In this document: one piece after another, positions 38,101 to 51,040 of the stretch
Layout: every line of letters begins with the position of its first letter
Numbering within the stretch: position 1 is the first letter of the stretch
Origin: Octopus sinensis
Taxonomy: Eukaryota
Direction of reading: 5' to 3'
Assembly (NCBI RefSeq): GCF_006345805.1
Contig: NC_043000.1
Coordinates: 161,572,001 to 161,636,000 of the forward strand
DNA: 64,000 nt
The notes under the pieces: model-generated
What the model saw: only the letters and a program-made list of their open reading frames with translations
What the model was told of the DNA's origin: nothing
The model's database searches: none
Position numbers and translations under genes: made by a program

Positions 38101-38844
38101 GATATACATACATGCGGCCGAAAATATTTATTGTCAAATTTGTGGAAAGGTTTACACGTGAGTAGCAAATTTCCTAAAATATTATCAAAGTACTACAAAC
38201 AATTGCTACATGATGCTCTTACTACAATATACAATACCTAGACTGACTTGATATAAATACAGACAAGGTGTCTGTTATTGAGCACAAAGAAATTTGAGCT
38301 GGATAGGGGAGAAAACAGTACAGAGTAGAGTCGTATCAAAAGGGTTAAGGTAAACTTTCTTGAAAATGGATGCGTGGTGTTCAATTAAATGATATTATAA
38401 ATGATATATATACATATATGGATACAACGCGCCATGTCTCCATAGTGTTTTCTCCCCTGTTCTCTCTAACTCCCTTTCACTGTTTTCTATTTGTCTCTTT
38501 CCCCCTCTCTTTTTCTTTTTCTCTCTCTTGTTGCTCACACGTGACCATCGCTCATCTTTCTTTTCTTCCGTAAACATCTTTCTTTCCTGCACGGACGTTC
38601 TAAGGACTGGACGTCTTCTATCTCACTCTTTTATCTTTTCTCTTTTCAAAGAAAATATTTCTTTCAGCATTCACTATTTTCCGCCCGTTCTGGTCTAACG
38701 ACCCTCCATGTTTACTTTCATTCGGTTTCCCTGTATGTCTCCACTGTCCTGTTTTTGTTCCTAATTTTGACCATCCATGAATTCAAAATTTTACTTTGGC
38801 ATGTATGGAAGAAACTGTCTTCGAAGACTCATATTGTCGTTGAC

Positions 38845-38995
38845 TGCTCGATATGGGGAGTAGATAGACAGGCGACAACTGATGAAGGGTCATTCTTTGT
38901 GTTACTTGTCTTTTTTTCTTTCTTTATCTGCGTATTTAACTCATTTGTCTTTGTATTTCATGTTGTTTACTGTTGGTGACGTCCTATACCCATTT
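38845..38995 (+). mobile_element. Short repeat family containing CTGATGAAGGG, with an inverted terminal motif
   Basis: ggagtagatagacaggcgacaactgatgaaggg matches 45803-45836. The right end gtgacgtcctataccca is the reverse complement of tgggtgcaggacgtcac (45740). A related copy lies at about 44160-44272. Confidence 0.5.
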
Positions 38996-39019
38996 CTGCA
39001 CACACATACACACACCATA

Positions 39020-39065
<46 letters not shown>

Positions 39066-39129
39066 CATTTATATAATTATTTAACCGAACGCCACGAATC
39101 TATTTCCATGTAAGTATTTTATATGTATA

Positions 39130-39210
<81 letters not shown>

Positions 39211-39213
39211 ATA

Positions 39214-39292
<79 letters not shown>

Positions 39293-39362
39293 CTGTATGC
39301 ATTGTGTGTATTGTGTGTGCGTGAGTGTATGTATGTGTATATTTACACATATGTTAATATGT

Positions 39363-39397
<35 letters not shown>

Positions 39398-40469
39398 TTT
39401 CAAAAACAATAACTAAAACTTAAACAGGATGACCACCTAAATACGATACAATTGAAAAGCCCCTTTATTTCCTTCTCTTTCCCCATCTTTCTCACTTTCT
39501 TTGCTTCTTTCTTTTCTTTCCTCTTTCTTTCCTCTTCCTCTCTTCTCCTTTTTCTTGTCTTTCTTTTTCCCTTTCTTTAAGAGACAAAATTTACATCTTA
39601 AAACGTCATCAAGATCAACCGCCTGTAAATCTACAGATCATAAAAATACAATAAAAGACATCTCACAGGAAAAAGAAGGACACCCTTTTTTCCTTCTTTC
39701 TTTTTTATATTTCTTTATATTTCTTTCTTCTATTCTTTCTTTCTTCCTGTCTTTCTTTCTGCTTTGTTTTCTCTTTATTTCGTTCTTGTCTTTTCTGCCT
39801 TCCTGTTTTTCTTCCACTCCTTCCTTCTTTCCTTCTTTCTCTTTTTTCCCTTCCGGTGTTCACCAGACACACCCACATGCTTGCGCACCCATAGATTCAC
39901 GCATATACATGCGCACACATATTTACGCACACAAACATATACAAACACATATAGACAACAGCAAAAGAAATCACCCCCTTCTAGATTTATATAAAATACA
40001 CAAATTTTTTTCTGAAAATCTCGTTTCTCGTGAGTCTCAATAAATGAAACGAAAGCGCTAATAAAAGTTATCCAAAAATATAAGTACCTTTTCTTCATAT
40101 ATATATAAATAAGGATAAGATCATTATTTAAATATCGAACTTATCAAGTGGCCAGCATGGGAATAAAATCCTTCAAAGGTAATAATTATTATTAAAATTA
40201 TAAATTAGGGTACCTAAGAGATACCACCACGCTGGAAATAGCAGCCAAAATTTGACTCTAAAATGACATTAATGGCGTACCTAATTAGCGGAATTCTTTC
40301 TTCCATCGTATTACATTACCTTGTTCATTCAGAATACGCCATTTTTGCATCTTGATTGCGAATCATTATAATTTGTCCGTGATTCTTCCTCTTTAACTCC
40401 TCTGTAACTCGTCTTCCCCCAACCTGTCTTTTATTCCACTTCCATTCTCCTTTCCTTTCCTCTTTCTCT

Positions 40470-41995
40470 TTTCCTTTTTGTCGCCACTAACAACACCCAT
40501 ACCGACATTCACACCCTTTCACCACGTCTGAGCTCCACTCCTTCCTCTAGCACCTCCAGTCCCTTCTATTCCCACTGGCCGCCGCCTCCAGGCCACTTCA
40601 GTAGCCTAGACTTGTTCGTGCACGACTGAAATTGACTGATTCAATTTCAAAAAGGATCCCTCCGGGCCATCCTCACCCGGGCTGTATCGATAGCCCTTCA
40701 CGACCTCTGTCGCCACAACGACATCGTCATCAAGCCGGCTTACAAAGGTGGAGCAGTGGTGGTGTGGAGCGCGGACCTACACAGGGAGAAAACGCTCAGC
40801 CAGTTTCGAAATCCGCTTTCTATCACCCCCTTCCCTCCGACCCCATCTCCTCCTACCAACAGCACGTGTCCTCCACCATCCGTTACCACGTCTCCTCTCC
40901 TGCCTTCACCCCTACCATAACGAACCTTATTGTCCGAACACCCCGTACCTCCAACATCTATTTCCTTCTCAAAATACCTAAACTCGACAACCCTGGCCAC
41001 CCTATTGCCTCCGCCTGCAATTGCCTCACAGAACTCATTTCAAAATACCACGACCGCATCCTGTTCCCTTTAGTTGCTGCCCTCCCATCCCACATGCATG
41101 ACACCAATCCCGACCTTCCCTTTTCAATTCCTTTTCCTTCACTCCCGGCCACTCACACCTCCTCTTCACCCTGGGGCATCAAATCCCTATACTATCTCCG
41201 CCTTCTTCAAACCCACAGATTTCCACCTCTACTTCAACTTCTCCTCCTCCCATCCCTTCCACACCAAACAGGCCATCCCCTACTCTCAGTTTCTCCGCCT
41301 CCGACGCTTGTGCGGTCGGGACTAGGATTTCGAGACCTTGCCTGCCTGTTCATGCATCGAGGATGCCCTCAACCCTTGTCCAAACCGCCCTTGCCCGCGC
41401 TCGTCGAATCGATTGCACCACTGCCCTCTCTCTCCTTCTCACCAATCTCCTTACTGCACCCCCGTTCCACTCTTTTTCCACCCCCACTCTACCCCTTCAC
41501 TGGAGGATCCTACCGTTGTCTCCATTTAGATCCCACTACCCACCCTTATCCTTTAAACGCACCCGAAACCTACGTGATCTACAGGTCTGTAACACCCTCT
41601 CTTCTCCCCACCTCCCAAGCTCCACCCGGATCCTTCCTTTACTCTAGATCCCGCTGCCACACCTACCCTTTCATCACCAACACCACCTCCCTCACTGGTT
41701 CAACCAGTGCACTCTCCACATTACAAACTCCTTCTCCTGCACCTCTTCAAACCTTATCTATTGCATTAGATGTGATCTCTACAGTAAACTATGCGTAGGT
41801 TAGGCGGGCCGCCGGCTGGCCGACCGGTTCACGAACACCCCCGTCGCCCATCATTTCCGCTTGGCCAACCACTCCCCCTCTAATATCTCCGTCTTTGGCC
41901 TCGCCTTGCACCAGGCTTCCACACACTCGCGACTCCGCCTGGAACACCGTTATACTTTCAGTCTACAAACACAGATTCCTTTCAGACTTAACGAC
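40470..41995 (+). mobile_element. Penelope-like element (RT plus GIY-YIG) with internal deletions
   Basis: IKPAYKGGAVVVW; IYFLLKIPKLDNPGHPIASAC; IKSLY joined directly to FKPTD..SSSHP.HTKQAIPYSQFLRLRRLC; CHTYP; GRRLADRF..TPVAHHF. Confidence 0.9.
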
Positions 41996-42304
41996 TATCT
42001 CTGCAAACTCCTTGAATAAAGCAACTTTTTTATTTTATTTCATTTATTTTATTTATGTTATCCTCTCTTATACCCACTTATTTTTCTACACTGTTTCCCT
42101 TTCTCGAATTTTTAACCTTTTTTCATCATTTTCTTTCCGTAATATTGTTTAACTTATTAATTGCAATATTTTTTTATAATTGTATTAATTTCTTTTTTAT
42201 CCTTTTAATTTTCCTTATTTTTTTATCTTGCATCTGCTAATTTTTGTAAAAAAAAAGTTTATATCCCCTCCCCACCCTTCTTTTAATCAATCTTATTTTA
42301 TTAT

Positions 42305-42790
42305 ATTTTATTTTATTTCCGTATACACGCACACATACATACACACACGTACATATACACACACGAAAAATACACGCACCCGCGCACACACATGAACGAC
42401 ATGTACCTCCCACACACCACACACGTACACACAAAACACATACATGCTCATACATACACACACGTACATCCACACACACACATACACACACACACATACA
42501 CATGCACACACGCACACACACGCGCACACACAGGAACGCACATATGCCTCCACATAATACAACCCCATGCACACACACACGCACACACATGCACACATAC
42601 ACGCACGCGCACACATCAATGCACATATCCCTCACATAGATTTCCCACACATACACAACACGCACACACGCACACACAGCACACACATACATGCGTACAT
42701 ACACACACGTACACAAACTCATACACACACACCACACACATGCACACACATACATGCACACACATACACACACATACTCACGCACACTAC
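42305..42790. repeat. Degenerate (CA)n-rich array
   Basis: Directly visible. Confidence 0.92.
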
Positions 42791-42839
42791 TGCTGAGTAG
42801 TAATATCAAGTAATGTATTAAGAAATAATTTGTAAAATG

Positions 42840-43320
42840 TCTTACAGCTCTTTCTAGAATAACTGAACCTGTAGAGCATCCGTCATTGAGCAAAGATTTC
42901 CAAGATTTCCACGTAAGACGACTCTCCTGTCTTTGGAGAGGAAAAAATTAAGGCACATCCTTCGTGAAATATATAGTGGTTAGCAATTCCATGACCTAAG
43001 AATTAAGGAAATCCCTGGTGATGGGCTCTCATACATGCTTTTCAAGCAATGTCCTGGATGAGAAAGATTTCATAGCAAACTCTCTAGTTATCAGAGATGA
43101 AACTTGTGCCCGCTAATAGGTACAGTGGGGAACGCTTGTATATTTCAAAAGAGAAGTATGGTGAAAGGATTGATCAGTGCCGAGAATATCACTTCCCACT
43201 GATGATGCGAAAATTTGAGGAGGGTATTCGGGTGGAGGATCCTAGATTGTGTTATGACGGACAGATTAGTGGACACATCTGTACAAACAGCTGAAGTTCT
43301 GGGAATACCAGGATGGAGTC
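42840..43320 (+). mobile_element. Possible L1/Tx1-like LINE 3' remnant
   Basis: Purine-rich, coding-like composition with weak resemblance (LW.GK; ER...RKFEEGIRVE) to Tx1 C-termini. No diagnostic motif. Confidence 0.3.
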
Positions 43321-43326
43321 AGCATA

Positions 43327-43728
43327 TTCTTTTATTCTTTTACTTGTTTCAGTCATTTGACTGCGGCCATGCTGGAGCACCGCCTTTAATCGAGCAACTC
43401 GACCCCCTGGACTTATTCTTTTGTAAGCCCAGTACTTATTCTATCGGTCTCTTTTGCCGAACCGCTAAGTAACGGGGACATAAACACACCAGCATCGGTT
43501 GTCACACAATGCTAGGGGGACAAACACAGACACACAAACGCATACACGCATATATATATATATATATATATACATATATACGATGGGCTTCTTTCAGTTT
43601 CCGTCTACCAAATCCACTCACAAGGCTTTGGTCGGCCCGAGGCTATAGTAGAAGACACATGCCCAAGGTGCCACGCAGTGGGACTGAACCCGGAACCATG
43701 TGGTTGGTAAACAAGCTACCTACTCCTG
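43327..43728 (-). mobile_element. SINE family A, near full length
   Basis: Reverse-complement match to 19381. Confidence 0.93.
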
Positions 43729-43994
43729 CTGATGGTCTGGAAATCTTTTCAATTCTATCAGATCTAGCTTCCATCTAAAGTTATTTCTCAATAGCCCATG
43801 TGTACATTTATAGATACGTAGGAAAGTAGAGTGCGATTTGAGTGACATCATTTTTATCAAGTTTATTATATAGAGAGCCACTGTTGACTCACACACATTG
43901 ACACATAAGAGAGAAGAGTGTAACTTGAGTGAAAATTGGCTACATTTAGAAAATCCCTCAGTGGTGTGGCTGTCAAAAGTCATTCTATAGTGGC

Positions 43995-44090
43995 ACAGTT
44001 CCTGGAGGAGGCAGTACTGTCCTGGGTCAGAGGGTGGCTGCTGGAAGACCCTATGTCTGGCAACAAGACTGTGCACCATGCACCGCAAAA
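43995..44090 (+). mobile_element. maT (DD37D) transposase fragment
   Basis: LEEAVLSWV-RVAAGRPYVWQQDCAPC, same family as 47695 and 49508. Confidence 0.75.
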
Positions 44091-44295
44091 TCCCGAATTT
44101 ATTTAATTTGCTTTGCGGAAGAAACTGTTTAATGGAACGCGTATAATGTTGTAAAATGCTCGAAATACGAAAGTAAAAAAACAGGCTACAAATGATGAAG
44201 GGTCGTTCTGTATGTTGTTTGTTCTCGTACTTCGTTTCTTTTGTTGTACACGTTTCATGACGCCCTGTGCCCATATATGCACATATATATATATA

Positions 44296-44518
44296 TGTGT
44301 GTGTGTGTGTGTTTATCCTCAACACATCGCTTCATAACAGATACTGGTGTGTTTACGTCCCTGTAACTTAGCGGTACGGCAAAAGAGATCGATAGAATAA
44401 GAACTAGGCTCATAAAGAATACGTCTTGGGGTGCATTTGTTCGACTTAAGGCTGTGCTCCAGCATGGCCACAATCAAATGACTGAAACAAATAATATAAG
44501 AATGAAAGAATAAAAGAA
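44296..44518 (+). mobile_element. SINE family A, 3' half, starting at the internal microsatellite
   Basis: ctggtgtgtttacgtccctgtaacttagcgg...gctccagcatggcc...atgactgaaacaa. Confidence 0.85.
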
Positions 44519-44547
44519 CATATATATATATGAACATATATATATAT

Positions 44548-44578
<31 letters not shown>

Positions 44579-44579
44579 T

Positions 44580-45185
44580 ACATACATTCTGTTGTGTCTG
44601 GGGAGGGTCATTTTCTTTTTGTGCCTTATAATTTAACACACTCACCGGTAAAATTTCCACTTATTTCTTATATTTATTTTCCTAAAATTTTCGTTGCGTC
44701 TTGCAACCTTTTCAATAGTCTTGACTCTGTCCGCTATTTACACTGCGTTCCCTTTTGTTTGTTTGTGCGCATGTGTGTGGGTCAGTCGGCCTGCCTATGC
44801 ATGCATGTATGTATGTATGTATGTATGTATGTATGTATGTACGTATGTATATATGTATGTATGCATGTATGCATGTGTGTGTATGTATGTATGTATGTAT
44901 GTATGTTAGTATGTATGTGTGTGTATGTATATGTATATATGTATGTATGTGCATCTATATGAATGTATTCTGCATATTCATGTATTTTGCATATTTGATA
45001 TTTATCGGTTTTATACCACGTGCTCGCCCTGTTTGCTTTGACACAAGTTCTTTGTATACTATTCCATTCTTTGTTTCTATATCTAGGGAAATCTAAGTGG
45101 ATATTTAACCGGTGAGTGTTTTAAATTGTAAAGCACAAAAAGAAAATGACTCTCCTCAGACACAATGGAATATGCTTCAACACAA
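44580..45185. mobile_element. Element bounded by roughly 90-bp inverted repeats, (TATG)n core
   Basis: 44581-44670 and 45095-45180 are reverse complements (gtgtctggggagggtcattttctttttgtgcc...cactcaccggt..aat.tccactta). Confidence 0.7.
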
Positions 45186-45569
45186 ACTCACATAATGAAT
45201 CTTGCAGACCAAATCTAAAATCGAAATATTTATCTATTTATTTATTTATGTTATTGGTTAATATTTAAATAAAATCTATGTAACTAATCCTACATTAAAT
45301 ATATACATATGTATATGAGTGTAGTAGTAGAACATACACATACATATATATGTGTGTGTGTGTGTGAGTTGCTTGTGTGTGTGTGTGGCGGTTTTGCAAT
45401 TGTAAGAGCAAGGTTGATACATGCATAATAAATTATTCAATGCTACATGAAATGAATGCACATGTAGCTGAGCTGAGTATGAGTATTTCAGTCTGCATAA
45501 TTTACATTTTGTGATACTTAGGTAAGATGTATGTATATGTACGTGTGTAAATATATACATATACATACT

Positions 45570-45614
<45 letters not shown>

Positions 45615-45834
45615 TATATATACACATATATATATATAATATATACTTACATATAAGTACATACATATATATACATATGCGGTGGTGCCCCAGCATGGCT
45701 GCGGCCTTCGGGTTAAAACATTTATAAGGATTTAAGGATTTAAGGATGCATATATGGGTGCAGGACGTCACAAAACGTAAATAACATGAAATACGAAAAC
45801 AAAGAAGGAGTAGATGGACAGCCGACAACTGATG

Positions 45835-47700
45835 AATGCCGAACAGAGGAGAGGGGTCACACAGGAGAGCTAGGAAGAAGGGGAGATAATAAAGTATTGG
45901 TGATCCGGAAACGAAGGAGGGGTGACCTTGACGTGTGCTTGTGTGCATGTGTAGGTGTGGGGATGATGCTGTAGGTGCTGGGAAGTGGTAATTTTTAGTG
46001 TGTGCGAGGTTGTGTGATGTTGTGTGGTGTTCAGGTGTGTGGTGTGGTGGTGTAGTGGTGTGTGGTGGTGTTGGGGTATGGCGGAGGTGAGAGTGAGGGA
46101 AGCAAGAGTGGATCTAAGGGATGGGGTGGGATGGGATGTATAGGGATAGCGGGTTGGAATGTGTAGGGGTGGAGTAACAAGGGAGGGGTGACGATGAAGA
46201 GAGGGTGGAAAGGAGAAGGTGTATAGATGTGAAGAAAGGAAGCAGTTATCACAGCAAGAGAGGAGAGGTGGGTAGGAGGAAGTAGGTGTGAGAGGAAGAG
46301 AAGAGTGAGGAGGAGGGTTAGAGGAAGAGGGGAGGTGAGTTGGGCCCATGGTGAGCAAAGGAGCGAAGAGAGAAGATTAATCCCTGCACGGCAAAGACGG
46401 CAGTTAGGATGGCCCCTGTGTAAGGACAATCCGAAATCAGACAGGTGTTGTAAAGAATGACCGGTAGAGCGGAAATGGCGTGGGACGGGGGTGTCATTGC
46501 CGATTCTGATATCTAGGAGATGTTCCGCGAACCGGTCAGCCAAGCAGCGTCCCGTTTGACCGATTTATAGAGGACAGAGAGAGAAGGAGATGCAGTAGAT
46601 GACGTTACTAGAAGTGCGGGTGAAGAAGTCAGTGATATAATAGGGTCGATGATGGGTGCCTGTGAGGAGAGTGGTGTTGGAGAGGTATGGGCAAGTGTGG
46701 CAGCGTCGGCGGGAGAAGGGGAATGAGCCGGGTTCGGAGGTTGGGTTAGGGAAGAATCTGTGGATCAAGGGGTCTCGTAAGTTGAGGGCTCGTTTGAAGG
46801 AGGGAAGGGGTCGGTTAGGGAAGATGTGCGAAGTGGAGGGGTCGGACTGGAGTCGGCGGAAGGCTCGGAGAATGCTGCATTGGTGAGGTAGGATGGTGAG
46901 GTGGTAGGTTAAGGGAAACGGGAGACGGGAGACGGCGGGGCGGATGCGGGGGAAGAGAGTAGATGGATGGTCCATGGAACGTGCTCTGGCAAGGGCCGTG
47001 TAGATAGTGATGAGGGGATAACCACGTAGGATGAAGTAGCGTGCCATGAGTTAAGACTGAGTCTCAAAGTCATGATCGTCACTCAAAGGTGAAGGTGAGG
47101 ACAATGAGGTTAGAGGCGGGGGAGAGAGAGGCGGGAGGAGGAGATGAGGTCATGGATACGCCGCTATATGTATATATAGAAAAAAAAACAAAAAAAAAAT
47201 GGAACGAGAGCGTAACAGGCGGAGGAGTTAAAGAATTAGGTAGAGACGAGAAAGAGAGAAAAGGAAGGAAAGGGACAGAGTAGAGTAAAGGAGGGGCAGT
47301 GATGAGAATGACGGGAAGTCAAACATATATATAGTTGGGATTTACAAAAAAAAAACGAAACAAAAGACGAAGGCAGGAGTGTAAAGAAGAAGCAAATGTA
47401 TTAGTTTAACGCTCGGGAAGTGAGAAGGTCTACGCCTGCGCTCTTCGACAGAAATAAATAAAGCTAAAATATAAAGGTTTAGTGGCTAGCGATCAATCAT
47501 GGCGAATGCCAGACAGAGCTAGGAAGAAGGGGTGATAATAAAGTAGCGATGATCCCAAAACGAAGGTGCGCGTGCATGTGCATTTGAGAGCGTGTATGTG
47601 CGTGTGGATAGGGGCCGGTGACCTTTGTGTGTGCGTGTGTGCATGTGTAGGTGTGTGGATGATGGTGTGGGTTCTGGGAAGTTGTCAGTGCTAGTGTTTG
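45835..47700 (-). mobile_element. Penelope-like element 3' half (thumb/linker, GIY-YIG) flanked by direct pLTR-like repeats
   Basis: YFILRGYP, RLPFPLTYH, LQSDPSTSHIFP, CHTCP, FTRTSSNVIYCIS, IGQTGRCLADRFAEH..DTPVPRHF. Direct repeats at 45835-46005 and 47503-47700. Confidence 0.88.
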
Positions 47701-48330
47701 GGTTTCAATCTCAGCACAGGACAATCACCATGAGTGATAAAAATCAAACATCCAGTCAACATCATGGTGTTTGGAGTGAACACTTCTGATAGTGACGTTA
47801 TACCTCCTATCATCTTCTCACACCCAACACAGAGGCGTACATCAAGAGCCTGGAGGAAGCAGTACTGCCCTGGGTCAAAAGAGTGGCTGTTTGACGACCC
47901 TATATCTGGCAACATGACTCTGCATCATGCCACACAACTAGGAGAGCCCAATCATATCTGTCAGACAATTTCTGAAACCACAGCGCTCCTAACATCTCGC
48001 CACCTAACTTCCCAGATTTCAATCCCTTCAATTATTGTGTTGGGCACAGCTAAGCGGGAGACCAACAAAACTCCTTGTAACAAGGAGACAAGGATTTTGG
48101 CAGCAATGTAGGCAAGGATTTTGACAGCATTCACCAACTGAAACAAGGAGACCGTTCAGAAGTCGCTCCGAAGTCGTCTGGAGGCCTTGGTTGAAGTCAA
48201 TGGTGATTTTATTGAATAAATTTACTCTTTAGTATTTAAGATGTTTTAATGTAATTTTGGTAATTATATTTGTTAAACTGAGATGTCAGGGTTATTTTCG
48301 TTTTTGCGATACTATATTCACTGCAACCTG
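47695..48330 (+). mobile_element. maT (DD37D) deletion derivative, right TIR present
   Basis: KHPVNIMVFGV, WQ.DSASCH, PNSPDFNP..Y, ETNKTPCN. Right end ...tgcaacctg followed by TA. Confidence 0.85.
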
Positions 48331-48457
48331 TATACGCGCACACACACACACACACACACAAACAGCACAAGCATATAGATATGTACGTATAAAATATATA
48401 TACATATAGCTTCGTGTAACTAATGCACGATGACATATATGCATGTGTATATGTATT

Positions 48458-48528
<71 letters not shown>

Positions 48529-49062
48529 ATATATATATATATACACACATATAAATATATATCGTATATTATATTCTATGTATATATATATATATGTATA
48601 TATATATGCACATATATATATATGTGTGTGTGTGTGTAGGATGTATATATATATGGTTTTATATATGTATATATATATATATACATACAAACATATACAT
48701 GTGTGTTTATGAGATAGTTGTATATACATATGAATACGTTTATTTCCACCTGCCTTCGTCTTTTGTCTATTTTCATAAAGCTTCCCGTTACAGATATATG
48801 TATATGCATTTCTGTGTCTGTGTATTATATATACATATATATATATACATATATGTATATATTAGCTTCATTAGTAATACAGCACGAAAATTTTGATCCT
48901 TCAGTCACTCTACTGCTTCTGCTAAATATTCATATATCAGAAATATATTTAATATGTATATTAAATATTAATTCCATCTGCGACAAGACAATAGTGGTAA
49001 TTCATTTACAAGTACTCCTATCCATTCTAACTAACGATATTTGCATGTGTCATATACATATA

Positions 49063-49102
<40 letters not shown>

Positions 49103-49507
49103 CATGCTTATTTGTAGTTGTAACTATATAAACAAACCATTAGCCTTGTTGCAGATGGAAATGGAACTAATATATCTATTTATTATGGTCTCGTAGAAAA
49201 TCTGACAAATTTAATGATATAATTCTTGTCATAGTCCATGTTTGCTGGTGATGATAAATATGAAACATCTCTGATACATACCTGGGTCTTCATGCATTGT
49301 TTTTGTGCTTGAATATATACTGCGCCAAGAATTCAGTTTCCCTTAGAAATCCAATATTATCTTATTGTTTCTTCGGATAATCCATGGCTTCAAATGTGCC
49401 TAGATCCCATTTGATGCCATTGCGTGAAGTTACAGTTTTAGTATGCTTTAGAAAGGCTAATATGAGAGAGATTGTTTTTAAAATATTTAGTTACACAATC
49501 ATAAGTA

Positions 49508-50395
49508 CAGGGTGCGATAGGTAAATTGTCGATATTTCATATTTTTAATTTCGCATATACGCATTGTTTGTTTTTTAATTTGTTCACTACCCATTATAGT
49601 AAGTCCGTTGCGTACCATCTCTGAGAAAAAACACCACCATGACGCAATTCGCTCTCCCAGAAATTTGAAAATGACATGCTGTACTGCTTGGCATTCGCGC
49701 TGAAAGCTCCTCTATGAACATTTCATAGTATTTGGATGTCAATCTCAGGACAGGACAACCTGACTATATGTACCGATAGTGATAAAAATCAAACATTCAT
49801 TCAACATCATGGTGTTTTGAGTGATCACTAGTGATGGCAACTTTATGCCTCCATTCATCTTCCCATACAGCCTCAGACAAAACACGGAGACCTACATTAA
49901 ATGGCTGAAAGAGGTAGTGCTGCTCTGCGTCAAAGGGGTGGCTTCTGGACGACCCTATATCTGTCAACAAGACTCTGTACCATGCCACACAAGCATGAGA
50001 ACCCGGTCTCGGCGGTCAGACAATTTCTGTGACCACATCGCCCCTAATATCTAGCCACCTAACTCCACAGATTTCAAGCTCCTTGATTATTATGTGCGGG
50101 AGACAGTTGAGCAAGAAACCAACAGAACTCCTTGTAACACCAAAAAGGAACTGAAGGCAAGGATTATGGTAGCATTCGCCAACTTAAACAAGGAGACCGT
50201 CCAGAAGAGTTGCAGGAGATTCCGAAGTCGTCTACAGACCGTGGTTGAATCCAATGTCAATTTTTTGAATAAATTTACTCTTTAGTATTTCAAGATACTT
50301 TTATGTAATTTTGCTAAATATATATTTTAAAATGAGATGTTAGTGTTATTTTCAGTTTTGCGCAATTTAGAGGACAGTTTATTCACCTCACTCTG
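49508..50395 (+). mobile_element. maT (DD37D) internally deleted element with both TIRs
   Basis: TA|CAGGGTGCGATAGGTAAATTGTC...GACAGTTTATTCACCTCACTCTG|TA. QQDSVPCHTS...NSTDFKLLDYY gives 37 residues between the second and third D. Confidence 0.9.
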
Positions 50396-50821
50396 TATAT
50401 TTCGTTAAAATAAGTAGAATAATACAGATTACATAAACAATATTTAATATCAAATCGTGAGATGTTTGCAAGTATTACAGACCGAAAAGATGATAGTACC
50501 ACAGTTGAGATGGCGCGTGAGTGTAACAAAAGTGCTATGAAAAAGCCGAATAGGGGTGAATTTACAGAGGACAGAACGTCTGTGAATTAGGTGGTCATTC
50601 ACTTACTGATTGTTTTATTGTTTCTTGTTGCTTAGCCATAACGCATTCCAATGTTTATATAATCTTTGATATTCGTAAGATATCGCTGGTTGCCCCAAAA
50701 GTAGTTATTGAAAACCTCTAGTTGCTTTTACTAGCTTGATAGACAGTGAAATTAATATTTCGACCAGGAAACCCTGGGTAGCTATAGTTCACAAAGTCAT
50801 TTGAGATTTTCATAGAATGTA

Positions 50822-50851
<30 letters not shown>

Positions 50852-50852
<1 letters not shown>

Positions 50853-51040
50853 CTCTTTTACTTGTTTCAGTCATTTGACTGCGGCCATGCTGGAGCACCG
50901 CGTTTAGTCGAACAAATCGACCCCAGGACTTATTCTTTGTATGCCTTATACTTATTCTATCGGTCTCTTTTGTCGAACTGCTACGTTGAGGCACGCAAAC
51001 ACACCATCGTCGGTTGTCAAGTGATGGTGGGGTGACAAAC
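50852..51040 (-). mobile_element. SINE family A, 3' half
   Basis: Reverse-complement match to the family A tail. Confidence 0.9.

Noticed and set aside
37035-38168. 377-aa ORF as a host gene or domesticated RT
   Set aside because: It is a truncated CR1 RT fused by chance to a microsatellite and the antisense UTR of another LINE.
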